Part shown: positions 1 to 13,700 of the stretch, piece by piece
Layout of the letters: the number at the start of each line of letters is the position of its first letter
Numbering within the stretch: the first letter of the stretch is position 1
DNA from: Raillietiella orientalis
Taxonomy: Eukaryota
Assembly: GCA_036172245.1 (NCBI GenBank)
Contig: JAYWIR010000027.1
Location: forward strand, 62,001-126,000
Direction: 5' to 3'
DNA: 64,000 nt
Notes under the pieces: model-generated
What the model was told of the DNA's origin: nothing
Database searches by the model: none
What the model saw: only the letters and a program-made list of their open reading frames with translations
Program-made: the position numbers and the translations under genes

Positions 1-1009
1 TGCACGACCACAGGCCATCTCTTCAAAACGACGCTGCCGATATGCCATTTGCCAATACTGGCGATTTTCGTCCCTTTTTTTTTCGTGTGTGGTCGTCGCT
101 TCAAGCTGCTTGACTGTCCTCTAGTAGGATCGGGAACAACTAGCTAAGCTATCAGCTTACGACGCCAGATGTCAGCGCTGCAAATGGGTGGTAGGCGTGT
201 GGAACTAACGGGAAAAGCCGATTCCTCGCTGCATTTCTCTTCCAGAAACGGAAATGGCAGGTGTTACGTAGTCTCTTGAGGTTCTCTTTCCTCGTCTTTC
301 AAATGTTTTCCTCTGGCTTCCCGAATGAAGCCGTCGATCTCTTCCCGTGATCTGAGATTATGGAAAATAATCAATCGCATTCTACTGGAATTTGGTATGC
401 ACTGATCATCCATGGGAAATCTTCACATTTGGGACGCTCCGGAGTCGACGATTTAATTTACCCGCGTTTATCACGAGGAACGAAACTTACTTTTAGTACT
501 TACTTTCAAACGGATTCTTTTTCACGGCCCTGCAATCCCTTCCCTCGCTCCGATATTGGTTCCCTATGCAATTTTTGAGTGCGTTTAGCAACGAAAGTTT
601 CGAATTTCAGCGCATTATTAGAATAGTTGGTAATTCTGGGTTTCCATGTTGCCATAGTGCCACCGTTTGCATTTTTAGAATGTGTTTCTTTGTGTGTGGT
701 GTCACGTGATTCCTTCCAAGGCGTTAATTCAATACACATGGCGATTACTTGCTGTCACCCTACACATGAGGAGGTTCTCCAAAGACATTTATTGCTGGGA
801 TGTTCGTTGGGGCGTGGCATCCGTGGAGGGCTAAGCAAGTGGAACGAATGACTATATTGAATACATATTTAATCATCGATGCAAAAACAGATGTATTTAT
901 TTAGATGATTGGACATGTGCTTAGATGTATGTACACGTTTTCAATCGTGAATTTTTTTTTGTCCATATAGAAATGTTTCTGTTCGCGCCTTTTTCCATTT
1001 TTTTTTCTG

Positions 1010-1260
1010 GATTCCTTTTTAAGTGGACTATCACTGCATGTGGTGAATGCTCGCAATTTCTGGAAATAATCCACACCGTATGTGGTGTACCGAGAGTGGA
1101 TCCCATCCCACGTACGGAAGTTATGGAACCTTATTTGCAGTGGGAGACGAGAATCCAGTCGATACTTATCGCCCACTGCAAATCCTTTTCCCGTCTTCAG
1201 TTGTGTACGTAAAGTGTCAGCAGCGAACGGTCCTGGATTGAGCCTTCTAGGAACCACGGT
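1010..1260 (-). mobile_element. Short CR1-like 3' remnant
   Basis: GDKYRL..LQIRFHNFRTWDGI..VDYFQK resembles the CR1 ORF2 C-terminus. Confidence 0.35.
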
Positions 1261-1602
1261 TCCGGAAGACTCAAGCCGTCATCATCCTGGTGACACGTGG
1301 GCACTTATCTTTGGGTGCTTTTTGCTTTCTCGTCCAGGATCGAGTAGAACAGGCACGCTTCCGACGTTCCAGAGCACACCGTTCCGTGTGACGTAGGGGT
1401 ACAAATGCTCCTCCAGTCACAGTTTATCCCATAGCGTCCTCCCATCTCCTCCCGTCCGCGTGTTCCGAGCGAGCGAAACGGAGGCTACCGACACTGCCCG
1501 CTTCTAGGGTCGAGCGCAGGGCGAGCTGCGGAAGATGGCTGTCCCTCTTTGTCACTGCATTCCCACTAAAACGTGGGTTTTCATCGGTTCATCCGAGGCA
1601 CC

Positions 1603-1608
1603 TTTATT
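1603..1608 (-). promoter_or_regulatory. Putative polyadenylation signal (AATAAA) of the CTL gene
   Basis: tttatt on the + strand, 60 nt past the predicted stop. Confidence 0.6.
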
Positions 1609-1667
1609 GGTAGCGGATCACACGACTTGCCAAACCTTGGCTGAATCCTTCGGAGGTTCCCTAACGA

Positions 1668-1721
1668 TCACTTCTTCTTCTTCGACGCTTCCAGAGCTTT
1701 GTGGCTGTCGTGGATGAAGTG
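1668..1721 (-). CDS. CTL terminal coding exon (HFIHDSHKALEASKKKK*)
   Basis: Acceptor ccacag, phase 0, TGA stop; AATAAA about 60 nt downstream. Confidence 0.8.
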   Translation of the reverse strand, partial: HFIHDSHKALEASKKKK

Positions 1722-4700
1722 CTGTGGATAGATCAGAGCAAGTGAGTGACCTCGTGCGAGAGCCACAGCACATCAAACAGCGAAACGTCCCTCTCGTTCC
1801 TTTCGCAACCATGGCAACCGCGAGCACGGCCGCGCAAGATGACTCCCAGCCTCGAGTTGATGGGTCGACGAAACCCCGATTTCCCCCTTGCGTACTCCCA
1901 TGCCGAGTTCGAACCACTCACGAGCGTCGCCCGCGTGACCCTTACCATCAGCCTCTTGCTCATGTAGTAAGGCTTCTCGACCCCATCGTTGAGTTTGGAA
2001 TCTTCACAGAAGCAGATGAACAAGGAATCGATAATCATCTGAAACACAAGGAGTTCCAATGGACCACTGAGGGATTCAAGAGAATTCGTTTTTTTTGTGT
2101 GTGTTCTTCCGAAGTTGTCACGGGCTGTGATCGGCAGGTGCGATCGGTCGTCGCAGAGTGGAAGACGAAAATGCCAGAGAGAAAGGGCGCGAAGTTTTCG
2201 GGCTCGTTCATTTCCCAGCAGCCGATCTGGAGGGAAGCGCTTGCTTTCATCTGCTCGATTGGAACAGAAAACGGCGCATGCGCGTCAAATCTCGCGAGAA
2301 CCGTTTCATCTCGGTGCAAGAAATCTAGCGTAAACGACAAGAGATTGCGTTCTACTTCTAGCCCTCCAGCTTCAAGCTATGGGGGACTTCTGGAACGTGA
2401 ATGGGGATCTCAAGCCGTGGGGACCCTTCGTCGAGGTTTGTCGCACCTTGGGTTTTACAGAACCCCCCTACGAATGTCCCCTACGAATATCCGCAGTCAA
2501 CTCCGGGAAGGAACTGACGAGCGAGGTATTCGTAAATCAGCTTGCTGGAGTTTGCTGGTCGCAAAGAGTAGGAAGCTGGAATAGCTTACTCGTTCCGCGG
2601 GAGCATCGGGGAAATGGGGTGGGGATGGGGGGGATTTTTCTCGGATCAGGCAACTGCTACAGCCCGAAGCCGCTTCACAGGCGAATGCACAAAAATCCGG
2701 TTAAAATAACTGAGGAACTTTCCGGGCGCATTTGGCACCAGTTCCTCCGACCAAGAGCAGGCGGATGTCCTTGAAAGCTCCAAGAGCATCTACCTCTCCT
2801 GCTTCTCCTGGGAAATGGAATGCACGACGCATTGAAGAGTTTCTCTTATCGGGGAAGCGGAAGAACCCCTGCGGCACTGATGATGGCTATCCTGAAGCAC
2901 CGTGAATTTTACTCTCATCTGAGGCTCGTTCGGAGCGAAAGGTGTTCTGGTCCTGCTCCAAAGTTCATCCTCAATCCACCGGAAGTTCGCGATCGGGTCG
3001 TGTGGACCCGCGCACTTGCATGGCCAACAGGTGCTCCGAGAGAAAGACGAAAGTTCAAAGGGATTCTCACGCCCGCTTGATTGTTTGTTTCTTCCTCCCG
3101 GTCGCCTCACTGGGTCGAATTGCGCCCGGCGTCCCGGTACACGTCTGCACTCTCCCGCAGAAGCGCACCTTACGCGATGATGAGAGATGCAGGTCTGGAT
3201 TTGAAGCAGAAAGCAAGCAAGCACGCGTGAGAATCATCCAGGATGGGGCCAGCCTCGGGGTGCGAAGCAAAAAAAGAAAGAAAGAATCAAGGGAGCCGGC
3301 AATGAGTCTGCACCAGCAGTTAGTCTACGTCAGCGTCTTGAGTCGTACTAACCTCGTATAGGCCGAGGGTGCTTGAAGAGATTATGTAGGCAAACACGGC
3401 ACACAGCAGCGTCGGCAGCCATTTGTAAGTGAGCAGCTGATCATTCTGGAAAGAACTGACAGTCAGCACGTCATCGTGACATTCCTTCCGCAAAGGATCG
3501 CAGACAAACAGAACAACGAACTCGAAAACACTTTTTGTTTGTTTGCTGTTGTTTTCGGGCTGCCGAATGCGCCGAGTGCTGTCCTTTTTGCGACAGCTCT
3601 CGAATCGGCATCCGCGACGAAGGTCGGGCCGCCACTCTTATTCGAAGCCTAGATGACTCATCTTTCCGATTTATCTCCGTAGCTCGTGATTCGCTCTTCG
3701 TATTGACTGTCGAATCTCTCACCTGCTGGCAGGAAGACAAACAAGAAGCAAAAAAAAAAATTCTATTTTCGTAAGGAGCCAATCGGTGCGATAACGCGAG
3801 CGGACCAAGCGAACAAAAGCGTGCGGTCCCCGAGCGATGAGGCGCATGACCCCTCGAATCCTTCAGTCTACCCGGAAGCGAAATTCTGTCGCGGACCACC
3901 TGGAAGGACGGGAGGAGGACTGCGAAGGAAGGAAGGAAGCGTGCAGTTGTGGAGAGACAACGAAGAGTTCTCTCGTGGAGCGAGCGACAACCCCCCTGAC
4001 CCCAATCGTGCGGTGGAGAGAGGGAAGGGGGTCTTGGATGTCTCTTAGATTTTCTTGGACGTCAGTTTCAATCTTTGAGGCACCCTTCCGAGCGGCAGTT
4101 CCGACTTGCAGCTCAAGAGGGCGTCCCGGTCGCGGCCGAAGATTCTTCCTGAAGTGCGCAACGGAGCCGGCAGCACGTGGGCGGGAACCCTCGAACCATC
4201 CCGGCCTCCAGGAGCGACCGTGCGAAGCCGCAGGCTCTCCTGGCACGAATGCAAACCGAAAAGTCGCCTTCCCGCGCGGCTGAATCAGACCGATTGCGGA
4301 GTCCGACGTCACGGAAAGAACTGAGCGCCAGATGGGTCTCGAAAGGAAACCTCCCTCCAGACCGATCCCTGAACGAGGAAGGCGTATCCTTCTTCTGGCG
4401 TGCGAGAATTCTTTCCCTGGAAAGTCGGGGGGTCGCTCCCGTCGACTTGGTTCCACGCGACGAGGGAAGCGTTGTCATCGGCGGACCGTCCTCTCCGCTC
4501 CGGGTTTCCCGCGAACCAGCGCCACCCGCTCAGTGGCTGGTCCTGCGCTCGGCACTGGACGCTCCTCCTCCTCCCTTTTCAGGCTCCCCTTTATCCGCGC
4601 GGCTCCGAGAGTGGATGCTGGGTCGGAAGCCGGATGTTTCTCGGAGATCCCGGCGTCCCAGCTCGTCCAGCGCGCGCACCATCTGCGGCGAACCTCGGCG

Positions 4701-7700
4701 GCAGCGCCAGCTGTTCGCGACGATTCGCGCCGGCTGGAGGAGTCCGTCGGATGTGGGAGGAGAGATTGAAAGGCAGGAGGGTGAAAGCAAGCAGAGTGAT
4801 CTGGAAGTCCGCTCCTGCCTCTCAGAGGGAGGCGGTAGACACAAACTGGTGCTGCAGCACGCGAGCTCCGCGCTTCGGTCGTTCTACCAAAGCGCGGAGC
4901 TCGCTGTGGTTTAGGACGGGCTGCAGATGAGGAGTTGCCCGGAAAAGGGCGTTGGCGTGCGCGCGCGCATTCTCTTTCTCCCGCAGGAACGAACCTCGAA
5001 CAGCAGCACTCCCAGCACGACGACCACGGAGACGACGAGCGCCTTCGTGAGGAGGAGGACGAAGCTGCCGACGATGTGGATGACCTGGACGCGCAGGATG
5101 TTGCTCAACATCACTTGCACGGCCGCACTGGCGCTCGGGAAGAAGGACTTCCCGTATATGGCTTTCGATGAGGAAGGGGAGGAGCAACCATGAGGGCACG
5201 GGCAGCCGCAAGGGGCCAGGAGGGAGAGAGGCGCCTACCGATCTCTGTGTATGCCGACCGGGTCACCATCTGGATCAGCTTTTCAATGCAATTCACGAGG
5301 CATCCGGTACAGCTGCAGATCCGCTTCTTTGCCACCTTCAGGATGAGTCGAAGGAACTTCAGAAAGCCGATCAAGAAGGACCCGAGGGCCACCGACCCCA
5401 GGTGGTTTGAGAGAAGGTTGGATATGGAGTCCTTGATTGGGAAGTGGAGAAGTGCCTTGTCCCTGGAAGAAACTCTCCTCGGAAGCTGTCTGCTGATGCA
5501 GGGGAATGTGCGAGAGTTCCGACGAGGACTCCGAGAGACCCGAAACCTCCTTTCTCTTCGTGCAGGGAGCGAAAAGAGGAGGCAACGGTCCACCGGGAAT
5601 GAATCCCACTCCTGTTGCCCATTTCCCCGGGAAAGGAGGAGGCTGGCAGGAGAAAAGGAGGGCGGAGATGTGCCCTCGGAGTCTAGCTGAGGGCAGCGGA
5701 GGAACTGACTTTTTCTTCCTTCCTTACTCGTTTCCCTTGTCCCGAGGCAGTCGGAGCACCGATCTTTCGGACTGAGGCTGCCAAAGGGAGGCTTGTAGAG
5801 CGGACGGAGAGTGAGGGGTCGCGGGAGGGCTAAGGGAAGTTCCGGGAACTTGGGCGTCGAGAGTGAGCCGGGATGCGCGCGCGACAAAGAGGAGCGACGA
5901 TGGAGGACGAGAATGGATGGAAGGATGGCGAAGTCGCCGGATCCACATAGAAGGGATCCCATTCCGGCGAAGAAGGAAGCGCACACCCTGATTCTTCCCG
6001 GTTTCCAGGCAGCTTTTTCGCCCTCCCGGAGCAGCCGGCCTCAAACCCAGGAGTACCTCACGGAGCGAGGTCTCGGAAATTTACTCCAGGAAGGGAGGAA
6101 AGCGCCTCTCCTCCAGGGGCTGTGGCGGCCCTTCCGAGCAGGAAGGAGAGGCCGCGTCGAAGATCCCGTGGCTGTGTTCTCTCTACGCATGGCACTGGGC
6201 GTCGCGGGTTCGAATCCCTGCTGGAAGGAAGCATCGACGACTCCGGAGAAATGAGGGCGGGATGGTGCGTCGCGGGTTTTGAGTTCCCCCCGAAAGATGA
6301 CGCTCGGGTGGCCCATAATCGAGTGCGGCACTGGGGGAAGCCGGAAACTCCCTGAAAGCGCACGGCGAGTAGCCGGGATTGGAAGTTCGCCTTCCAGGGT
6401 CTTCCTAGGAATCAGGGAGTTCTTCTGGGTTCCCCTCCGGTTATGAAAATTGTAGTTTTCTCCCCCTTCCTTCCTGATGGAGGATCCTCCGTCTCGTACC
6501 ATGGAGCTGGTGGATAGATGACACACAACCGGAGGGGGACCTAGAGGGCCCGCTCCACGTCGCGACTTCTTCCAGGAAGTCTCCGTAGGGAAAAGGGAAG
6601 AGGTCGGCGTCTCTCGAGATCCCCTTCTCGGGTGTGGACGGATCGAGGTGGCTGGGGTCGCCAGAGAGTCACGCCAAGCAGGAATGAGCAGGGCAGCTTC
6701 CAGCAAGAGATCCGAGGGAACCCTCTCCTGGGCTCCTCCGACTCCTTCGCTTTCCCCTGGGAACGAGGGCGCTCTCGGCTGGCAGCTCCCTTTCGGCCCG
6801 CGGCGGGAGTCTCTGGGAGCGTCCGTACGCCTGCCCCTCCTTTGTCCTGTGGACGCGCTCTGAACGAAAGGAAGCGGCTCTCCTCTCTGCCAGCGGGCTA
6901 TCAGCTGCTTCCCCTGGGCCTTTTCCGGAGATTCGCACCAGAGGGAGGGAGGAGAGACGAGGTAGTTCCCCCCTCCTCCTCTCGCGATAAAGGCGAGGGA
7001 GGGAAAGGAGTCCCGGAGTCTCTTCCTCCGGGGCGCATTTCGGGACGGCTCAGCGAAGATGCTCCACGGGAGCCGCCCCTTTGACCCTCCCCGGTGGGCG
7101 AACCGCAGCATCCCTCCTGGAAGTTCCGACCGGAGGACTCCCTCGCGCGTCCGCTGTGGTGGTCCCTACTGGCAGGTTCCGGGAGAGAGGGAAGGAAGAG
7201 GGCCACTTCCTTCCTTCCGCGAGTAACCGGCCAGTGTAACCCCCCCTCCCTCTTATTGTTATTTCGGGGGCGCCCGAAAGACTCTTCCTGACTGGGGCCT
7301 CTTCGTTCCTGAGATGCGGCCTCGTCCCAGGAGACGAAGAGCGGAGGCTGCCGACTGCTCCCGAGCTCCGCCGCCTCCTTCCAGGAGGGTTCGCGCCGCC
7401 ACACACCTTCTCGGGATCCCTCCGATTCCTGAACCCCGGTGCCCCCCTGTTTCTGGATTTTCTTCGTTCGGGGGTGGAGAGGGTACTTCAGTCCCGAACC
7501 AAACATCTTGAAGTAAGGTGCGTGCTCACTGCTGCCGCCCCGGGGCGTGATGGTCTAACGGGACCCTCGCGAGGCGGAGAGGACGCAAGTCACGTTGCCC
7601 GTCAAGCCCCCTTCGCAGGACTTTCTTGCAGTGCGCAGACCGACCGGCGATGTCCAGTAGCTGGTCTTTCCTGGGCCCTGTTGGGGGGGGAAGGGAGGCG

Positions 7701-10700
7701 CCAGGAGACTTCCTCGCTCCTCCGATCTTCGCCTCCTCTCCCCGCTGTTCCTCCCTGTTGGCGAGGAGGGTTCGGGGGAGCTCAGGAGTCTGCCGGGAGG
7801 CTACGGCTTCGGCGGCAGTGCCGAGAGAAACCGTGAGACATCCGTTGGCCGGTCAACCGGAGGATCAGCTCCTCCCGACCCACCTTGCGGAAGAAGAGCG
7901 GGCCCAAGGAGGTCCCCTGGGATTTTCCTTTTTGGGGGTCCACGTAGATTCCCAGAGCAAAGAGTGGATGTCCGGCGATGGTAAGTCGTGGACCCCAACC
8001 TCCGCCCTCCCAGCATTCCTTCCTTATCCCTATCTTCTCTCTCCCTCCTCCCTCTCCCCCCCCCTTCCCTCGGCACGAGGAGGTTTCCCCGATCCAAGCT
8101 GAGTCCGCTTTTCGCCTGTGGTGGTGGGGTGTCGCCACGAAGCGGAAGGAGGGAAAGAGTCCACGGCTCGCGTATGGGGAGTTTGGGGAGGAGGGTGCGA
8201 CCAGTCATGAAGACGCCGGCCGGGTCTGATGTCCCTCCCCCCCCCCCGTCGTACTCGTTGCGCTGTCGAGCTGAACTCCGAAGAGTCCCCTCTCCCACTC
8301 TCCCATCGATTCGAAACTCGCTGCAGGTTCGGAACTGAGAAATACCTCCTGAGGAGCCACTAGGAAGCGAGCAAGGGGGGGTGGAGCGACACTGAACTCC
8401 GAGGCCGGGGGACTCGTCGGCGGAGCCTCGAGGCGAAACCACGCGCCCGTTATGGAGCTGGGACGGCAGCGTGGGGAACTTGTTGGAGGGAAGCGCACGC
8501 ACCTCGGAAGGGTGGAGCTGGATTGATCCGTACCCCGGGGGGCGGCGGCAGGAGGTGACTTCGTGGAGCTTACCTCGTGAAGAACCAGAGGCTCACCGTC
8601 CTCGCGATCACCATGTGCTGGCAATGGATGCAGAACTGGCTGACCCACAGGAGCGAAAGGAGGTTGTAGAGTTGGAAGTACTGGAAGGCATTCTTTTAGA
8701 GGAGCGCATCCCTGGGGAGGCTTAGAGGTCTCTCATCCCTCTTCCGACGTTGCCCTTTGGCAAGCCTCCATGGCGGCCCAGCCAAACTCCAGAGTGGTTT
8801 CTGGAACTTCCCCCTTCCCCCCCTCACCGTGGAAAGACCACTCATCTACAGGAGTTTCGACCGGTGAGAGGGAACTCGAAGTGGATGGAATTCTTGATTC
8901 AGATGCAGTAGCAGAGCCCAGAGCGCAGCAAGAAGAGGAAGAGGACGGGGGACGGGCCGTCCGAGCAGGCAGCGCACCCGAGTGGAAGTCGAAGGGGTGA
9001 AAGAGAAGCCGCTGTTCCAGGGTGGAGTCAGCGGGGACGCGAGAGGCTACCGGCTGGGCAACGGAGGGGCCATGCGATCCCAGCAACGAAGGAAGAGGGA
9101 CGGCAAGCGAGCCGTTTGTCCGCCGGGAAGCGCCTGGAGGGCGCCAGGCAGTCCTGGCCGATGCAGCACTTCGTGACCGTTCGCGACAAGCCAGCTGGAG
9201 GGGTGAAGGGAGGAGGCACAAGACGAACCTCGCCCTCTCTGCTGCCACACGCGAGTCCCATCTCGTGGATGGAGTAAAGTTCCGGTTGACCAAGGGGATC
9301 TGACCAGAATCAGCTCTTTTCGCAGCTGGCGTATCTTTTACTGGGTTGGATCAATCTTCCAGCGGCCAATGGCCATTGCTCGAACAAGATAGGATGGACG
9401 TTGAATTCATCTTTACTCTTTTCTCATTTCTTTTCTTCAGTTCCTCTGAGTGCTGGAAGACCGCTGCTTCACGCCGCAGGGGACAGCACCGCCGCACGGA
9501 AGCTCCTTTGTCACACACCCATGGTGCGCACGGGACGTGGAAAGAGAACTCCGGGGAGAGCCACCTCGAATAGCCAGCAGGCATCCCTCCGCGACGCGCA
9601 GCGGCCTGCGACGGGCATTTGGCTGCGGCACGGCACCGAGTGGCCCTCACCTCTTCTCGTGCTAGCGCAATCGGAGGGGTTCCGAGCTTCGCTCTGTTAC
9701 TCCTCAAGGTCACCCAGGGTTGCATATCTTCCGGGTCTTTTCCACCTCTCTAGAATGCTCTTCCTTTCAAACTCTTTCCTCACCCCTTCCCCCACAGGAA
9801 CCACCAAGACCGCGAGCACCAACCGACCACACGATGAGCTGGCCCTGGAAGGCAACTCCAGGGAGGAAGGTCGATCCTGGGAGCAGTGGGATCAGAGCAT
9901 GCAGCTCAAGGAGCCGAAGAAACCTCGTCGAGGAGGCTGCCGACGACGGACAGGATCCAGATATCAATCTGGTTTTCTGGAGACCTTCGGCTTCCAGAAG
10001 CGTGATCAGGAGGGAGGGAACATCCCAGCACCAAGCCGGCCTTCCCACAAGAATCGAAAAAACCTCATCTACCTGAAGGAGGCTTGTGATTCCTGCAGGA
10101 AGGGAAGGGGAGAAGGGCGAGGAAAATTGCTGCTTCTTCTTCCTCGTGGGGATCTTCCTATACCTCGCGCTTGCAGGTATTCGAAAACTGGGACGCTGAG
10201 TACGCTCATCAGTGGGTCATTCTTCCTTCCTGCTGTCCGATATAGGTGGCCTCTTCTCCTCCCGGAAAAGGGAAACAGTAAAGCAGCAGAAAATACGAAG
10301 GGTGCTTTGTGCGTTGACAGGTGGGAAGATGGAGGCGGGGAAGTCGCTACGAAATCTCTCCTTTGCTTGCCCCTCGTCCTTAAACCCGCCTGATAGGACA
10401 CGGAGTCCTTCCGCCAGCCATTGCCGGCATGGGATCGAGGTCGGCCCTGATCACGCCTCTGGCCTTCCTGCTAAGGGGGAGAACCTCCTCTGCTCCCGTG
10501 GCACCTCCACTTTCGACCGAAGACCGCGCTATCCCCCCACACACCGTGTTCATCTTCGCCTTCTTGCGGTAGCGAGCGAGCGGAACTTGGCAATCCTGGA
10601 TCCGTATATGCCGAGCGTGCGGCGCCTTCGTCACGACGGTGTCCCAGAGGACCGCGAGAGATGAGCTGGGAGGCTGGTCACGAGCGCTTCCTCGCGTGCC

Positions 10701-13700
10701 CGGGCTCGCCCTCTCAGCCAGGATTGAGCTTGCTGGGTCGCGCCGCCGGCCAACGGAAGTGCTCTGTCGGGTCACGCCAGCCACGCTCGGTTCGACCCCT
10801 GGAGAAGCCTCGATGAACCCCCTCCGGAAGCGTGAAATGTTCCCGCAGCTCGAGAAGCATCTTGACGGACCGGCTGGTGAGGAAACCTTGCACGCAAGGT
10901 TTCCTCACCAGCCCAAGAGCTCGGGAGCTCCCCTCCGTTCGGGCTCCCGGAGGGGCGAACCCGGTCCCTTCTCGGAGAGCCGGTCCGTCAGAACTCCAGG
11001 ATGCTGCCACAGCGACGCGAGGCGGCCATCCTCGAAAAGAAGAGGGAGGGAAGAGTACCTGGAAGGGAACTCAGCTTGAGGCAACCGGGCTGGTAGAAGA
11101 GAATGACTGTAGGAACTTGCCATGGCTGAAAGAAGTTCCCCCCAAAAAAATCGATGGCAACTGACCAGAAAGAAGTCGGACGAGTCAAAATGGTAATCGA
11201 AGTTCCAGACAATGGCATGGATGACGCTTTTGCAGGCAGATATCAAGAAGAAGGCTGCTATGACGTGGACTGCAAGGAAGAGGCACAGAAAGAAGGAGGT
11301 CTGAAAAGGTTAAAACAGTCTTATGGGTGGGAAGTTTGGTATCCCTGGACTCTCTTCAAGGTTCGCTCCCCCGCCCGCGGTCTGCATGAACCAAACGTCC
11401 GTCTCCGTTTCCTTCGGGAGGAGGTCTGCGCCTTGACTCGAGATCCCTCAGAGTGGAAGCCTTGATTTCGACCCCGCTCTCGCAAAAGTGACTGAAGACG
11501 CAGCAGCCTTGTTCGTGCTTACCGAAGTTACTCTAGACACGCGTGCTGCCGCTGCTGCTGTCTCCATTCCTTTTCGTGTGCGCTGACCACGCATACGAGC
11601 GCATGCCGTGTCTGGTCTGTGCTTTCTAACAACCTGCTTTTCCGGACGGAACGTGAGATCTCCGCATACAGACTGCCCGACGAAAGCAGGCAGCAGAGTT
11701 CTTCGCCGTGCGAAGCTGCTGCCATCTCACATCCCATGCAAGAATCGATCGGTTCCCCACGTGAGGGTGGCCTCTCCAATGGCACGCAAGGCAGCGGTGA
11801 TTTCCGCACTTTTGAAGGAGCGATGTGTTCGAGCGTCTACCAAAAGCATCAGTCGAGATTACCACCCCTTGTGATGGAGAGACCCCCGTGAACTTCGGTG
11901 GTTCGATTCTTCGGTGAGCAACCCGACAGGAAGATGCGCTCTCGGAATTGACTTGTTTTGGGGATACCAAAAAGCATCCTCTGTTGCCTAGAGAGACCAG
12001 ACGGGAATCCAAGAACGTGGCATCGATTTGGAAACGGCAGCGAGTAGCGCAAGTAGTTCCCTCCCTTTTCTGGAGAGAGAACAGGCAAAGGCGCCGCGTT
12101 GGATGGACAGGACAAGTGCCGAAGAGAGACTTGCGTGCACCTCTGGCAAGCTTGTGCTCCTTTCATCCCCTTCATGCCAAGATGAATTCTCCCTCGTCCA
12201 CGTGAGTCTTTCAAGTATCGCGTGGACAGTGGCGACCGCGAAGGCCGGCACGCGGTCCTTCCCTCCAGACGAAAGTTGCTCTCCTCACCATCAGCTCAAA
12301 AGGACTGCATGGAGGAACGACGGTTTCACCGTCTCCTCGACCCGCCCAGCTCGGTCGTTTCCGATGAAGGACTTGTTTCGGACCAGCGTTTCAGAGTGGA
12401 AATCTTCATCGTTAAAGCGAGAGGGCTTTCCTGGGCTTGTTTTACCTACCCCTTCCTCACTATTCGCATTCTCATCCTTCCCCTAGGCACCGGGGGCTCC
12501 GCTGTTGGGACGGGGTTATGCTAGAGTCTCGGCACCGCTCGGAACTGGAGGTTAGTGGAGTCTCCTCTGGTAGGCCAGTGATCGGTCCTCCCTCCAGCCC
12601 TGCTCTACTTCTGCCTCACCCACAGCCACTTTAGTGGGATCAACCGGATCGACCCATCCCTTCTTTGGCACACTGGGATCTTCCTCCAGGCTTCTGTGTC
12701 TTCAGAATCCATCGCCACAGAATTCTCCATCCTTTCTTGCAGCTTACACCCGTTTCCCATTAGTTCTCGGGAACTTCCGTGGATCCTACGGTCATCCTTG
12801 GCCAGAGTCAGGTTCAGATTGCCATGGAGATCAATGTGGTACGCCGGAGTGGTCACTTCGTGTGCATCAGTGATTTTGGCAGCTGTTCCGCCAGCATCAG
12901 ATCACGTGGCGGGAAACAAACAAAAGTCGGGAGAGACGTCCCATGTCTTGTGCTCCACGTGATGGAGTGAAGGAAGATGCGCAGATGACCTACTCGGCCA
13001 GATTACTGTTGACGATTTGCCTCCCTCCTTTCACAGGGGAGGTGGAGGGAAGCGAATGACGGATGAGAAACCTCCTCGCTCGGATGCCTCTGCTTTCCAT
13101 CCTGCTAAGCGTTCCCTTCGGTGGCAGCCATCCCTCATCCGAGGTGCAGCAGGCAGGAGAAATCCAGCACCACTGGGCAAAGCCGAAAAGACGACCTGGA
13201 CGGATCTTGTCCGCTCCTTCGTTTCCACTGCACGGTGTCTTCGTGAACGGGGACTGGTCTCCCTGTCACTTTCATGGTGAGTTCAGGCCGATTCCAGACA
13301 TCCCAGAAACAGAGGTGGGACCCCTGTTTCATGCGGCGTTTTTTGACAGAAGTCGGCCACCTCTTCACCAACACTTTTCCATCAACATGAGCTCTCTTTA
13401 CGAGCTTCTCTTCGTCGGAAACCAGGCGTTTGTCATGGCGAAGGACGGATCGGTTTGATGTCTAGCCGAAGGCTTTCCGACCCTCCTCATCAGAACCCTG
13501 GCATCTCTCCGGGAACATTTGCTGCTGCCGCTAGAATCTGCTCCGACAGTGGAGGCCGCAGATGCGGGGCTCGCACTCTCAAATCTTTCTCGTGCACTGT
13601 CTGTATCCCCGACTCTCCCGCACTCGAGCAGCTCGCTGTCCTTCGACAAAATGCCGGAGGGCACGAATGGATATATCGCGATGGTCGGGATGCACGCTAC

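Noticed and set aside
1724..2584. Plus-strand 286-aa ORF
   Set aside because: Antisense to a CTL exon and spans intronic sequence; no recognisable domain.
9767..10072. Candidate for the missing CTL exon (ccttcag|VDEVFSILVGRPAWCW...)
   Set aside because: The phase fits but there is no convincing donor or family similarity, and the opposite strand resembles a CR1 C-terminal remnant.
13460..13495. Hammerhead ribozyme-like ctgatgag...gaaa on the minus strand
   Set aside because: No stem II or flanking helices; other ctgatga hits I checked also lack the fold.
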